Assembly: GCA_963716145.1 (NCBI GenBank)
Contig: OY970292.1
Coordinates: 12,104-76,103 of the forward strand
DNA: 64,000 nucleotides
Reading direction: 5' to 3'
DNA from: Candidatus Levyibacteriota bacterium
GTDB taxonomy: Bacteria; Patescibacteriota; Microgenomatia; Levybacterales; UBA12049
Shown: one piece after another, positions 9,398 to 19,127 of the stretch
How the letters are laid out: each line of letters begins with the position of its first letter
How positions within the stretch are numbered: position 1 is the stretch's first letter
Position numbers and translations under genes: made by a program
The notes under the pieces: generated by a model
The model's input: only the letters and a program-made list of their open reading frames with translations
What the model was told of the DNA's origin: nothing
The model's database searches: none

Positions 9398-10655
9398 TTG
9401 CTTCCCGCTCAGGTCCTGTTGAAATGTATTTAATACGGACTCCAATTTGCTTTTCTATTTCGGTAACATAATTCTTGGCGTTTTTTGGGAGCTCACTGTA
9501 TTCCTTAAGACCTCTTATCGGACTAAGCCACCCCGGAAGAGTCTTGTAGACTGGTTTTATTTTTCCTAAAAATGCACTATCACCATCATAGTAGTGTACT
9601 TTTTTGCCATTTAATTCATAGCCTGTGCATATTTTAATTTCAGAAAATTTATCCAAAACATCAAGTTTAGTGAACGCGATTTCTGTAAATCCATTTATTT
9701 CTGAAGCAAATCGTAACAGTTCCGCGTCAAACCAGCCGCAGCGCCTGGGGCGCCCCGTTGTAGCACCAAATTCAGCTCCTTCGATCTGTAGTTTTTTACC
9801 GGTTTCATCGAGTAATTCCGTGGGAAAAGGCCCTGCCCCAACGCGTGTAGTGTACGCCTTGGCAATCCCAATTGACTGCTTTATTTTTTGCGCTGAGACA
9901 CCAGCTCCGGCATTTATTCCGCCAGGAAGGACAGTAGACGCGGTTACAAATGGATATGTACCCCAATCATTATCCAGAAAAGTACCCTGGACTCCGACAA
10001 ATAATACTTTTTTATCTTGATTTACTGCATTCTGCAGAATAGGATACAGTTCTTTTATGAAAGGTGCGATTTTTTCGCGCATCGCAAAAAAATCTTTTTC
10101 AATGTCTTTTTGCGAGAGAGCTTTCCCGCCAAAAGACTCAATAATTTTATTTTTGAGAGTAAGCTGAATAGCAAGTTTTTCTGAAAACTGGTTTTTTTCC
10201 AGAAGATCAAAAATCCTGATTCCTTGGTAGCTTACCTTGTCAGCATAAACAGGACCAATTCCCCGTCCGGTTGTGCCTGTTTTTGCTTTGCCTTTTGCGT
10301 CTTCATATAACTTTTCAAGAATTTTATGATAGGGAAGAATCAGATGGCATCTGGGGGAGACGTACAAACGATTTTCCAATGTTAATCCTGCTTTTGACAA
10401 ATCATCAATTTCTTTAAGAAGTACTTCTAAATCAATAACTACCCCGTTTGCGATACAAGCCTTTGAATTTTCTGCAAAAACACCAGAGGGGATTAGGTGA
10501 AGTGGAAATTTTCCGTATTTATTTATGACTGTATTTCCCGCGTTATTTCCTCCATTATAGCGTATGACAAAATCTGAGGATTCGGAAAGAGCATCAATAA
10601 TCTTTCCTTTTCCTTCATCTCCCCATTGCGCGCCATTGACAATAGATATGGGCAT
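9384..10655 (-). CDS. purA: Adenylosuccinate synthetase
   Basis: QWGDEGKGK, GTTGRGIGP, KAYTTRVGAGPFPTE, TTGRPRRCGW, TKLDVLD. Confidence 0.95.
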   Translation of the reverse strand: MPISIVNGAQWGDEGKGKIIDALSESSDFVIRYNGGNNAGNTVINKYGKFPLHLIPSGVFAENSKACIANGVVIDLEVLLKEIDDLSKAGLTLENRLYVSPRCHLILPYHKILEKLYEDAKGKAKTGTTGRGIGPVYADKVSYQGIRIFDLLEKNQFSEKLAIQLTLKNKIIESFGGKALSQKDIEKDFFAMREKIAPFIKELYPILQNAVNQDKKVLFVGVQGTFLDNDWGTYPFVTASTVLPGGINAGAGVSAQKIKQSIGIAKAYTTRVGAGPFPTELLDETGKKLQIEGAEFGATTGRPRRCGWFDAELLRFASEINGFTEIAFTKLDVLDKFSEIKICTGYELNGKKVHYYDGDSAFLGKIKPVYKTLPGWLSPIRGLKEYSELPKNAKNYVTEIEKQIGVRIKYISTGPEREAIIVR

Positions 10656-10758
10656 TTACAAAGAAAGTTTAACTCAGTTGAGCTTTATTTGCAAGAAGAA
10701 AGTTAAGTGATTATCCTTATTTTCAGGTTTATTATCAATCTGATATACTTAGTTTCAA

Positions 10759-11943
10759 ATGAAAACAAAACTTAAAGAACTAATGTTTTTGCATTTTCTA
10801 AACGATGGGCTTCGTACTACTGTTATTGTTTTGTTGCCTTTTATAGCCAGAGATTTATCATTGTCTCTTGGTCAAGTTGGCTTTCTTGGATCTTCTCAAC
10901 CGTTATTGGCGGCTCTGTTTGCTTTGCCTTCAGGATATATAACGGGAAAGTTTGGCGGATTTAAGATTATCTTTACACTTCTTTTTGTTTACTCGTTGGG
11001 TATTTTGGGCGCAGCTTTTTCCACAAATGAAATTATGCTTTTTGGAATGTATCTTTTTACCGCAATTGGATTCAGTATGTTCCATCCCGTCGGTTTTACC
11101 TTGACAGCAAAAGCATCGGAACAGGATAAGGTGGGACGCAATATGGGAGACTTTACGGCAATAGGAGAAATTGGGCGGGTGGCTCTTCCTCCAATGGCAC
11201 TATTTATTGCAGCTGCTGCGGGATGGAGAATTACTCTCATAATAGCAGCTGTTATAGGTTTTTCAGTTTTTTTTGTTTTTCTCATCAACCTGCTTAAAAA
11301 AAAGGTTAATGACTCGCAAGATCTCACAAGTAAATTACCGACTCGCAGGCAATTTATAAAAGACATTTATTATCTTTTCAAAAATAAAAAAGCATTCTGC
11401 ATTACACTATCTGCTATATTTGATACTGCTGCCAGTAGTCCCCAACAAGTTTTTTTACCCTTCTTGCTTTTAGCCAAAGGTATCAGTCCGGCAAATCTTG
11501 CTATAGCAATGGGATGTTTTTTTGTTGGCAGTTTGCTAGGTAAATCTATTTTAGGACGCGGAGCGGATAGATTTGGAAATATTAAAATTTTCATTTTTTC
11601 AGAGTTTTGCATGGCCGCTACTCTCGTTATGCTGACACAAAGTTTCCCATTCATTTTATTGCTGCTTCTTTGTGGATTCTTAGGCGGATTTACCAAGGGA
11701 ACATCACCCGTTGTCCAGACGATGTTTACGGAGCTATCAGATAAAATCCATTACCACAAAGTGTTTGCTTTTAGTGAATTGGTAATCGCAATCTCAGCGG
11801 TTTTTTCCGTAAATCTTCTTGGTTATTATGCTGACCACACAGGAATTTCGACAGTGTTTTTTGCCGGAGCAGTCCTCGCGATTTGCGCTAGTTTGCCAAT
11901 ATTTATTTTTTCAAAAATAAAAACGGCTCAACACGTTTACTAG
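10759..11943 (+). CDS. MFS transporter
   Basis: About 12 hydrophobic segments; HFLND, FHP and GRGADRFG motifs. Confidence 0.85.
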   Translation: MKTKLKELMFLHFLNDGLRTTVIVLLPFIARDLSLSLGQVGFLGSSQPLLAALFALPSGYITGKFGGFKIIFTLLFVYSLGILGAAFSTNEIMLFGMYLFTAIGFSMFHPVGFTLTAKASEQDKVGRNMGDFTAIGEIGRVALPPMALFIAAAAGWRITLIIAAVIGFSVFFVFLINLLKKKVNDSQDLTSKLPTRRQFIKDIYYLFKNKKAFCITLSAIFDTAASSPQQVFLPFLLLAKGISPANLAIAMGCFFVGSLLGKSILGRGADRFGNIKIFIFSEFCMAATLVMLTQSFPFILLLLLCGFLGGFTKGTSPVVQTMFTELSDKIHYHKVFAFSELVIAISAVFSVNLLGYYADHTGISTVFFAGAVLAICASLPIFIFSKIKTAQHVY

Positions 11944-11988
11944 CTATGAGAAAATGGATCCCCCTTGGGGATTGCGTAGAAATAATGG

Positions 11989-12075
11989 TTAGAACCCCAA
12001 AACTTTTTCTTTTGCTTCTTCTTCATTTTCAACAACCAACGCATTAATGTTGTTGGCTTTAAGTGCCGCGATTGT
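11989..12075 (-). pseudogene. Fragment resembling N-terminus of LUD/YkgG (lactate utilization domain) protein
   Basis: Manual translation TIAALKANNINALVVENEEEAKEKVLGF*, no start codon. Confidence 0.5.
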
Positions 12076-12095
12076 CGAGTAAGAAGCGCGTAAGG

Positions 12096-13460
12096 TTATA
12101 TAAAAAATGAAATAATAGTCGCGATACCGGTAAAGATCATCACTCCGGTAATAAACCATCCAAGAGTCGCGGTAAGAGGAGAATTAACTCTGTCTTTTAC
12201 CACCTTTTTATTACTGGTCATATGTACTATCAAAAACAATATAACCGGCGCGACCAAACCATTGGCGATAGCAGAATAGATAAGGAGTTTAATAGGGTTG
12301 ATACCAAGAAAATTAATATCCATCGCGATGATCATTGAGAAAATCATTACCCCATAAAATGGCCGGGCCTGATGGAGTTTTCTATATAAACCTGATTTCC
12401 ATTTAAAACTTTCTGCCATTGTATAGGCAGCAGAAGCAGCAAGTACTGGAACAGCCAAAAGCCCCATGCCGATAATTCCGGCTGCAAATAATAGAAATGC
12501 ATATTTTCCGGCAAGCGGTTTTAGTGCCGCCGCCGCATCAGCCGCTGATTCTATGTTGTGCACGCCATTTGAAAAAAGCACCGCGGCGCAAGTCGCAATT
12601 ATAGAATACATTACGAGATTTGACACAAACATTCCTGTCCAAACATCAACTCTCATTTTTTTCACCTCTTTATCAGTGGTTCCTTGTCTCAACCTTATCG
12701 AAGTTTTGCCATGAAGTACTTCTTCCTCAACCTCGTGAGAAGTTTGCCAGAAGAAAAGGTAAGGTGAAATAGTGGTACCCAAAATAGCAGTTATTAGGAA
12801 GAGTTGATCTTTTGAAAATGTGATTGAAGGAACAAAAGTGTGAAAAATCAACTGACCAGCGTTTAATTTTACGATGAAAGCGGTTACTACATAAGAAGCA
12901 AGTACCAACACGAGGTATTTTAAGTATTTTACATATCTTTCATAGGGGGTGAAGATCTGTAAGAATAAGCAAAAGAATGTAAATCCGGCAACAAGGACGG
13001 CAAAATTTAGATCAGGGGACAAAAGTTGAGCAGCTTTACTCATAGCTCCTATATCGGCTGCTATGTTAAGTGTATTGGCTGTGAAAAGCAGAATCGCGCA
13101 GGAGTAGAGAACCCATCTCGGATAATTGATACGTATATTTCCTGCTAGGCCCCGACCTGTTGTCAGTCCAATTCTTGCACACATTTCCTGAACTACTGCC
13201 ATAAGAGGTAGTGTAAAAATAGATAGCCATAGAAGCTGATAGCCGTATTTCGCGCCGACTTGTGAGTATGTGGCAATTCCGGAAGGGTCATCATCAGCGG
13301 CTCCTGTTATGAGTCCCGGGCCCAGATTGGCCCAGAAACCTCGTGCTTTTTTCATACGGGTGATAGAAACGGTTTCTTTCCCGAACTTTCTTGTAGCTTC
13401 TATACCTTTTTCCAGTGCAATTGATGGGGCAGCAGCGAGTTCTTCAAATTTCTTGTCCAT
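12096..13460 (-). CDS. NRAMP-family divalent metal transporter
   Basis: LGPGLITGAADDDPSGIATYSQ, QEMCARIG, GTTISPY. Confidence 0.9.
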   Translation of the reverse strand: MDKKFEELAAAPSIALEKGIEATRKFGKETVSITRMKKARGFWANLGPGLITGAADDDPSGIATYSQVGAKYGYQLLWLSIFTLPLMAVVQEMCARIGLTTGRGLAGNIRINYPRWVLYSCAILLFTANTLNIAADIGAMSKAAQLLSPDLNFAVLVAGFTFFCLFLQIFTPYERYVKYLKYLVLVLASYVVTAFIVKLNAGQLIFHTFVPSITFSKDQLFLITAILGTTISPYLFFWQTSHEVEEEVLHGKTSIRLRQGTTDKEVKKMRVDVWTGMFVSNLVMYSIIATCAAVLFSNGVHNIESAADAAAALKPLAGKYAFLLFAAGIIGMGLLAVPVLAASAAYTMAESFKWKSGLYRKLHQARPFYGVMIFSMIIAMDINFLGINPIKLLIYSAIANGLVAPVILFLIVHMTSNKKVVKDRVNSPLTATLGWFITGVMIFTGIATIISFFI

Positions 13461-13617
13461 ATAATAATTAAGACGAATTTTGAAGAATTTAGCAAGAGTT
13501 TTGTTGTTTTAATTTTGAGGCGGAAGCAGTAAAAATAATGTTGATAAACTGGACGGATCAGATCACGATGGACAAGTCTGCGAAACATTGCCGTGAGTTT
13601 TAAATATGGGCGAAAAA

Positions 13618-13866
13618 TTAGGCTTTTCTAATAAGGGCCTCGTCTTGTCTGTTTTGAGCAGCCCGAATTATTCCCCTAGCCTGCCCTGGTGTTTTGATAG
13701 TTTCAATCAACCTCTCTGCATGGGCTGCTGCTTCCTCGGGAGAAGTGCCAGATGAAACATTGTCGCTGGCTATTGATCGTACCGCATTAACCACTCTGGG
13801 ATGAGTTCTAAGCCAAGTGGGGTTTACACGAACACGTATTGATTCGAATTCAGCTCTTTCTACCAT
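13618..13866 (-). CDS. Hypothetical protein (82 aa)
   Basis: ATG ORF filling an intergenic gap; no recognisable motif. Confidence 0.55.
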   Translation of the reverse strand: MVERAEFESIRVRVNPTWLRTHPRVVNAVRSIASDNVSSGTSPEEAAAHAERLIETIKTPGQARGIIRAAQNRQDEALIRKA

Positions 13867-13965
13867 AAATATAAATAAACTTCCGAAAATAAGAAGTCTT
13901 ATAGTACTTTACCATAATTTAATCTTCTTGTCAAGTTATGTGGGTAAATGGTATGATACAGACGT

Positions 13966-14000
13966 AATTTTCAATTTGAAATTTGAAATTTTCAATGAAT
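13966..14000. repeat. Solo arm of the heptameric inverted-repeat family
   Basis: aattttcaatttgaaatttgaaattttcaatgaat resembles the reverse complement of 5487-5521. Confidence 0.6.
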
Positions 14001-14029
14001 CTTAAAGTTAAATCAAGAATTAAAATATT

Positions 14030-15448
14030 ATGAAAGATAAGAAAAGAACTCTAGCAAAAGATACCCCAAAAGAAGTCGGTAAAGAAATTAAGATTCAGGG
14101 TTTTGTTCAGGCACGCCGTGACCACGGAAAACTAATCTTCATAGATCTTCGGGACTGTTCCGGTTTGGTTCAAGTTGTGTTTAATCCCCGGGTTTCTGAA
14201 AAAGCACATAAAGCGGCAAGTACCCTCAGTACTGAGTCGGCAGTTTCAATTACAGGTTTGGTCAAGCCCCGCCCTGAAAAATTGATTAATCCCAAGCTGG
14301 CAAGCGGAACTGTCGAGATAGAAGCAACAGATGTTGAGATTTTGGCAATAGCTGATACTCTACCATTTGATATGGGGACAGATGTACTGAATCTGGAACT
14401 CCCGACTCTTTTGGATCATAGATCTTTGACGCTGAGACACGAAAGCGTCCAAAAAATATTTATAGTGCAAGCAGCATTGATTGAAGAATTCCGAAAAGCC
14501 GCTCAGGAGTTGGAGTGCATTGAGGTAGTTGTTCCTACAATCGCGGCTGGAGCGACTGAAGGCGGATCTGAAGTTTTCAAGATTGACTATTTTGATCATA
14601 AAGCATTTCTTACTCAAAGTCCTCAACTCTATAAGCAAATTATGGTAAGTGTTTTTGAGCGTGTTTTTGTAATTACCAAAGCTTATAGAGCCGAGCCTTC
14701 AGTTACCACCCGCCACTTGACCGAAGCAACGCAAATGGATGTTGAAATGGCTTTTATAGAGAGTTTTGATGAACTGCTTGACGCATTGGAGTTTGTAGGA
14801 ACCGCAATGATCAAAAACGTTGCCGGAAAATATGAAAGTATTTTGAAGGATTTTAAAATTGATCAACCATTAGTTCCAACTAAAGTACCGCGCCTCACAC
14901 TTAAAGAAGCGCAAAAAATAATAACAGACCGGACGGGGCGTGATCTTTCAAAAGAGCTTGATCTAAATCCTGAAGATGAACGGGAGATATGTGCTTGGGC
15001 CATAGAAAAACATCAGTCTGATTTTGTCACAATCACTCATTTTCCGACAAAAAAGCGTGCTTTTTACAGCATGCCGGATCCCAAAAATCCCGAATACAGT
15101 CTGACTTATGATTTATTGTTTAGGGGGCTTGAGATGATGAGTGGGGCTCAGCGCATTAACGACTATGAACAACTGATAAAAGCAATGAAAGCAAAAGACG
15201 TAGATCCTGCGAATTTTGGGATGTACATGCAGGCATTTAAATACGGTATGCCTCCTGAAGGAGGGTTTTCATTTGGGCTGGAAAGACTTACAATGAAATT
15301 ACTGGGCTTGGAAAACGTACGGGAAGCATCACTTTTTCCAAGAGATATGGAGCGCATTGATGAAAGATTCTCAAAATCAACAGAAAAAGACCCTTCGATT
15401 GGCTCAGGGCAAGAGAAGGTTCTTCAAAAGGGCAAGAATAAAGAATAA
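14030..15448 (+). CDS. aspS: Aspartate--tRNA(Asp/Asn) ligase, archaeal/non-discriminating type
   Basis: OB fold (RDHGKLIFIDLRD); QSPQLYKQ, YRAEPS..RHLTE, YGMPPEGGFSFGLERL; lacks GAD insertion. Confidence 0.9.
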   Translation: MKDKKRTLAKDTPKEVGKEIKIQGFVQARRDHGKLIFIDLRDCSGLVQVVFNPRVSEKAHKAASTLSTESAVSITGLVKPRPEKLINPKLASGTVEIEATDVEILAIADTLPFDMGTDVLNLELPTLLDHRSLTLRHESVQKIFIVQAALIEEFRKAAQELECIEVVVPTIAAGATEGGSEVFKIDYFDHKAFLTQSPQLYKQIMVSVFERVFVITKAYRAEPSVTTRHLTEATQMDVEMAFIESFDELLDALEFVGTAMIKNVAGKYESILKDFKIDQPLVPTKVPRLTLKEAQKIITDRTGRDLSKELDLNPEDEREICAWAIEKHQSDFVTITHFPTKKRAFYSMPDPKNPEYSLTYDLLFRGLEMMSGAQRINDYEQLIKAMKAKDVDPANFGMYMQAFKYGMPPEGGFSFGLERLTMKLLGLENVREASLFPRDMERIDERFSKSTEKDPSIGSGQEKVLQKGKNKE

Positions 15449-16430
15449 AGAATTAAGAATTAAGGAGAAAAAAACCTTACCTCTTAATTCTAACGTCTTG
15501 CTTCTAAGAAAACACGAATCAAATTTAATATTTATCCTTATTCCTCTAATTCTGCTGATTATACTTTATGCAGTATATTTATTTAATTCGAGTGTTTCCC
15601 TGAGTATTCAAAAAAACAAACTTATTGCATCAACTGATACGGCTTTTACGCCTTATCCTATTGTCCTGAATTCATATCAACCGATTTTGTCTTCAAAAGC
15701 TGCAATTGTAACCGACGCTGACTCCCAGACAATTCTTTTTTCCAAGAATCCTGCTTTGCGGTTTTCAATGGCATCAACCGCCAAGATCATGACCGCATTA
15801 ACGGCACTTGATTATTATCAACCTGATTCGATTATTACTATAAAATCAGGTTTTGTGGAGGGATCAGGTCTCAATTTGCAAGTCGGGGATAGATTTTATT
15901 TTCCGGATCTTCTTTACGCCATGCTTCTTCCCTCAGCCAATGATGCAGCAGCAGCAATTGCGGACAATTATCCGGGAGGGAAAGAAGAATTTGTCGCAAA
16001 AATGAATGAAAAGGCGCAAGTCTTACATCTTACAGATACGCATTTCTCAGATCCTGTGGGAATTGATGACGATGGAAACTACTCAACAGTTGTTGATTTG
16101 GCGAGACTTTCGTCCTCCGCAATGAAAAATAAGATATTCGCACAGATTGTCGCGACCAAGCAAAAAACTATAAATAATGTTGACAGCGCTCATCCTTATA
16201 TTCTTTTTAATCTTAATAAGCTTTTGGGTATTCAGGGAGTAAATGGTATAAAAACAGGAACTACAGAAGGCGCCGGAGAGGTTCTTGTCACCTCAGCAAT
16301 TGTGAATAATCATACTTTTATAATTGTGGTGATGAATAGTCAGGATAGGTTTGGAGATACTAGTCTGCTTCTTGATTTCATTGCTAACAATATAGAGTTT
16401 GTTAATCCCCCATCGCTTGAAAATTTTTAA
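15360..16430 (+). CDS. D-alanyl-D-alanine carboxypeptidase (peptidase S11)
   Basis: SxxK (ASTAK), SAN and KTG motifs; N-terminal TM; start uncertain and overlaps aspS. Confidence 0.85.
   Translation: MKDSQNQQKKTLRLAQGKRRFFKRARIKNKELRIKEKKTLPLNSNVLLLRKHESNLIFILIPLILLIILYAVYLFNSSVSLSIQKNKLIASTDTAFTPYPIVLNSYQPILSSKAAIVTDADSQTILFSKNPALRFSMASTAKIMTALTALDYYQPDSIITIKSGFVEGSGLNLQVGDRFYFPDLLYAMLLPSANDAAAAIADNYPGGKEEFVAKMNEKAQVLHLTDTHFSDPVGIDDDGNYSTVVDLARLSSSAMKNKIFAQIVATKQKTINNVDSAHPYILFNLNKLLGIQGVNGIKTGTTEGAGEVLVTSAIVNNHTFIIVVMNSQDRFGDTSLLLDFIANNIEFVNPPSLENF
15390..15413 (+). repeat. 24-bp TTCG-N5-CTCA hairpin element
   Basis: acccttcgattggctcagggcaag; near-identical to 61573-61596. Confidence 0.7.
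15434..15464 (+). repeat. Heptamer tandem repeat (AAGAATW)x4
   Basis: aagaata aagaata aagaatt aagaatt aag. Confidence 0.75.
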
Positions 16431-16568
16431 TTTTCAGTTCTCAATTTTCATTGAATTTTCAATGACTAAATGTTTAAAAATTAAAACATTGTGATTTGAT
16501 TGAAAATTGTCCATTCGACAAGCTCAGGATCCTGAGTGTATCGAAGGAAAAATTTCAAATTGAAAATT
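16428..16568. mobile_element. Gene-less (MITE-like) copy of the four-helix-bundle flanks carrying a nested 39-bp double hairpin
   Basis: Right arm aligns with 5466-5521 once 16510-16548 (tccattcgacaagctcaggatcctgagtgtatcgaagga) is removed; left arm is an imperfect inverted copy. Confidence 0.6.
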
Positions 16569-16569
16569 A

Positions 16570-17697
16570 CTATCTTTTTATTGCGGATACATAAGCTATG
16601 AAGTTATTTTGTCCCTCGAAAACAATAATTGGCATGAGGTAATCTTGGTTTTCGCCCCCTAAATAATAAGCAAGATATACATTGTTGATAAGTATTTCCT
16701 TATCAGTCCCGACATAGGATGGAATATAAGCGTCCCCATTTTTTAATTCATCAAACGCAGCTTGCACTGTTTTTATCGGATAAGTTCCGGGAGAATCAGT
16801 TGAAATGTATCTGTGCACAAAGCTTGAAGCATCGACTTCAGCGTTATTTTGACCGGAAGCAATCCAAAAACTCATACTTGAGTAGGGCGGATGAGGATAA
16901 AGAACCGGAAGTTTCAACTTTACCTTGGCAGCTCCCTTTTTGCCGGTATCCAGATTATATTCAAGATCTTTTTGGTATAAATCAACTCTTATTACTTTAG
17001 CTGAGGAAAGACTTGTTGTCGGAATCAACGTGCCACTCCTAATAGCAAATAATTGCGGGTATGTATTGTAAGTGATATCTTTTGATGGGTTTTGGGTTTT
17101 GGTCAGATCAATATCAGTGGGAAGTAGTTCTATTGAAGATAGGAAATCTTGAACGGTTTGTATAGCATTATTTTCATCAGATAAATTTTCAGCACCCAAC
17201 ACGGTAAGAGATGACAAGTAGCTAGAGGATATTATGAAATCGAATGTAACGATATCAAATTGCAGCTTGCGGTTAATTCCGATTGGTTCATTCCATTCAT
17301 ATTTCCCGTTTCCAAGTGAAATTTCCGGAACTACTTTTCCCTGTTGATCGGCAAATCTTAGAGTTTCAGCTTTGGCCTTGGCTTTGTCAAGATTAAGAAG
17401 GTTAGGTGAATCCTTCACAAGAGGATAGATATTTAAACGGTCGGGAAATTGAGGAAGAGTACCCGAGATAGTATTGATGCTATAAGTAAAATTGTCGTTA
17501 ATTTCGCTTTGGGGAAACTGTAAAGAAGACAGTACGCCATATTTTTGATTTGGCGGAGTTATTTTAGGGGGCGCCACTATATTTTTAAACATAACGCTAA
17601 TTCGGAAAATCAGCACCACTACTATAATTAGCCCGATTCCAATACCGGCTCCAATGCCTAGTTTTTTAATCATCTCGGTTGCTTTATGTAAGGACAT
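16570..17697 (-). CDS. Conserved hypothetical membrane-anchored protein
   Basis: 375-aa ORF; N-terminal TM; TYPIK..AFDELKNG and YLMPIIVFEG C-terminal pattern typical of CPR proteins. Confidence 0.75.
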   Translation of the reverse strand: MSLHKATEMIKKLGIGAGIGIGLIIVVVLIFRISVMFKNIVAPPKITPPNQKYGVLSSLQFPQSEINDNFTYSINTISGTLPQFPDRLNIYPLVKDSPNLLNLDKAKAKAETLRFADQQGKVVPEISLGNGKYEWNEPIGINRKLQFDIVTFDFIISSSYLSSLTVLGAENLSDENNAIQTVQDFLSSIELLPTDIDLTKTQNPSKDITYNTYPQLFAIRSGTLIPTTSLSSAKVIRVDLYQKDLEYNLDTGKKGAAKVKLKLPVLYPHPPYSSMSFWIASGQNNAEVDASSFVHRYISTDSPGTYPIKTVQAAFDELKNGDAYIPSYVGTDKEILINNVYLAYYLGGENQDYLMPIIVFEGQNNFIAYVSAIKR

Positions 17698-17735
17698 ATA
17701 TTGAGTATAGGTAAATTATCAAGTACAATCAAGAC

Positions 17736-19127
17736 ATGGTCAGAACACGTATCCCCCCAAGCCCTACCGGAGAAGATATTCACATAGGAAATTTATACAC
17801 GGCTCTGATGAATTATTCATTCGCCAAAAAAAATGAGGGAAAATTCATAATTCGGATTGAAGACACCGATAGAGAGCGTTTCATTGAAGGATCAGAAGAA
17901 AAAATTCTTGCTTCTTTAAAATCATACGGCTTGCAGTATGATGAAGGACCAGACAATGGCGGTCCTTACGAGCCTTACAGGCAGTCAGAACGTCTTCCGA
18001 TTTATAAAAAGTATGCTGATGAATTGATAGAAAAAAAAGTTGCATATTATTGTTTTTGTTCAAAAGAGCGTTTGGAAGAGCTCCGTAATTCTCAGTTGAA
18101 AGATGGTAAAAAGACCAGGTATGATAAATTCTGTTTACAAAACGTTAAAGACGGGCCTGAAAGGGTAAAAAAAGGAGAAGCGCATGTTGTACGCTTAAAC
18201 GTTTTGCCAAATAAAAAGATCTGGTTTGAAGACCTCATCCGGGGGCAGATCACAATTGATTCTTCAGAGATTGATGACCAGGTTCTTTTAAAATCGGATG
18301 GGTATCCGACATATCATTTGGCGGTTGTTGTTGATGATCATCTGATGGAAATAACCCATGTTATCCGCGCCGAAGAATGGATTTCCTCAACCCCAAAGCA
18401 CGTTTTACTTTATGAGTCTTTTGGTTGGGAGCAGCCAATTTTTGCCCATATGCCGATTCTTAGAAATCCGGATAAGTCCAAACTTTCAAAACGTAAGAAT
18501 CCGGTTTGGGCATCTTGGTACCTGAAAGAAGGAATTCTTCCTGAAGCAATGCTTAATTACCTTGCGCTTCTTGGCTGGAGCCATCCTGAGGAGAAGGAAA
18601 TTTTCCCCCTTTCTGAATTTATAGATTTATTTAAGCTGGAAGACGTAAAACCGGTTGGGCCGATTTTTGATTTTGTAAAATTAAAATGGATGAATCAGCA
18701 GTATGTCCTCAAGATGACAGATGCTGAGCTTAAAGATAAAATTAAAGAATTTTCTTCAAAAGCCAAGAGCTTAGAACCTGAAGTATTGGACGCTCTGATT
18801 CCTCTTATTAAGTCCCGCATGGAAACACTGGCGGACTTTGAGAAATTGACCGGAGTTTTTTTTGATGAAATAAAGGAAATAAGTTTTGATCAAAAAGAAA
18901 AACAGATTGCAGTAAGCTTGAGTGATGAGTTGTCAAAAATTAAAGACTGGAAACATGATGATATTTTTAATACTATTAAAGAGACGATGGTTACCAATAA
19001 ATTAAGAATGCCCGTATTTTATAGATTATTTATAGGAGAGGAGCGGGGATTGCCGCTCCCGGAAACACTTGAGATCCTGGGTCAGGAAAAATCGGTTGAA
19101 AGACTTAAGGAGGTAGCAGCTAAATGA
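17736..19127 (+). CDS. gltX: Glutamate--tRNA ligase
   Basis: PSPTG..HIGN, RIEDTD, YRQSER, KLSKR. Confidence 0.95.
   Translation: MVRTRIPPSPTGEDIHIGNLYTALMNYSFAKKNEGKFIIRIEDTDRERFIEGSEEKILASLKSYGLQYDEGPDNGGPYEPYRQSERLPIYKKYADELIEKKVAYYCFCSKERLEELRNSQLKDGKKTRYDKFCLQNVKDGPERVKKGEAHVVRLNVLPNKKIWFEDLIRGQITIDSSEIDDQVLLKSDGYPTYHLAVVVDDHLMEITHVIRAEEWISSTPKHVLLYESFGWEQPIFAHMPILRNPDKSKLSKRKNPVWASWYLKEGILPEAMLNYLALLGWSHPEEKEIFPLSEFIDLFKLEDVKPVGPIFDFVKLKWMNQQYVLKMTDAELKDKIKEFSSKAKSLEPEVLDALIPLIKSRMETLADFEKLTGVFFDEIKEISFDQKEKQIAVSLSDELSKIKDWKHDDIFNTIKETMVTNKLRMPVFYRLFIGEERGLPLPETLEILGQEKSVERLKEVAAK

Noticed and set aside
9384-10655. PurZ (diaminopurine pathway)
   Set aside because: The catalytic Asp in GDEGKG is retained and there is no phage context
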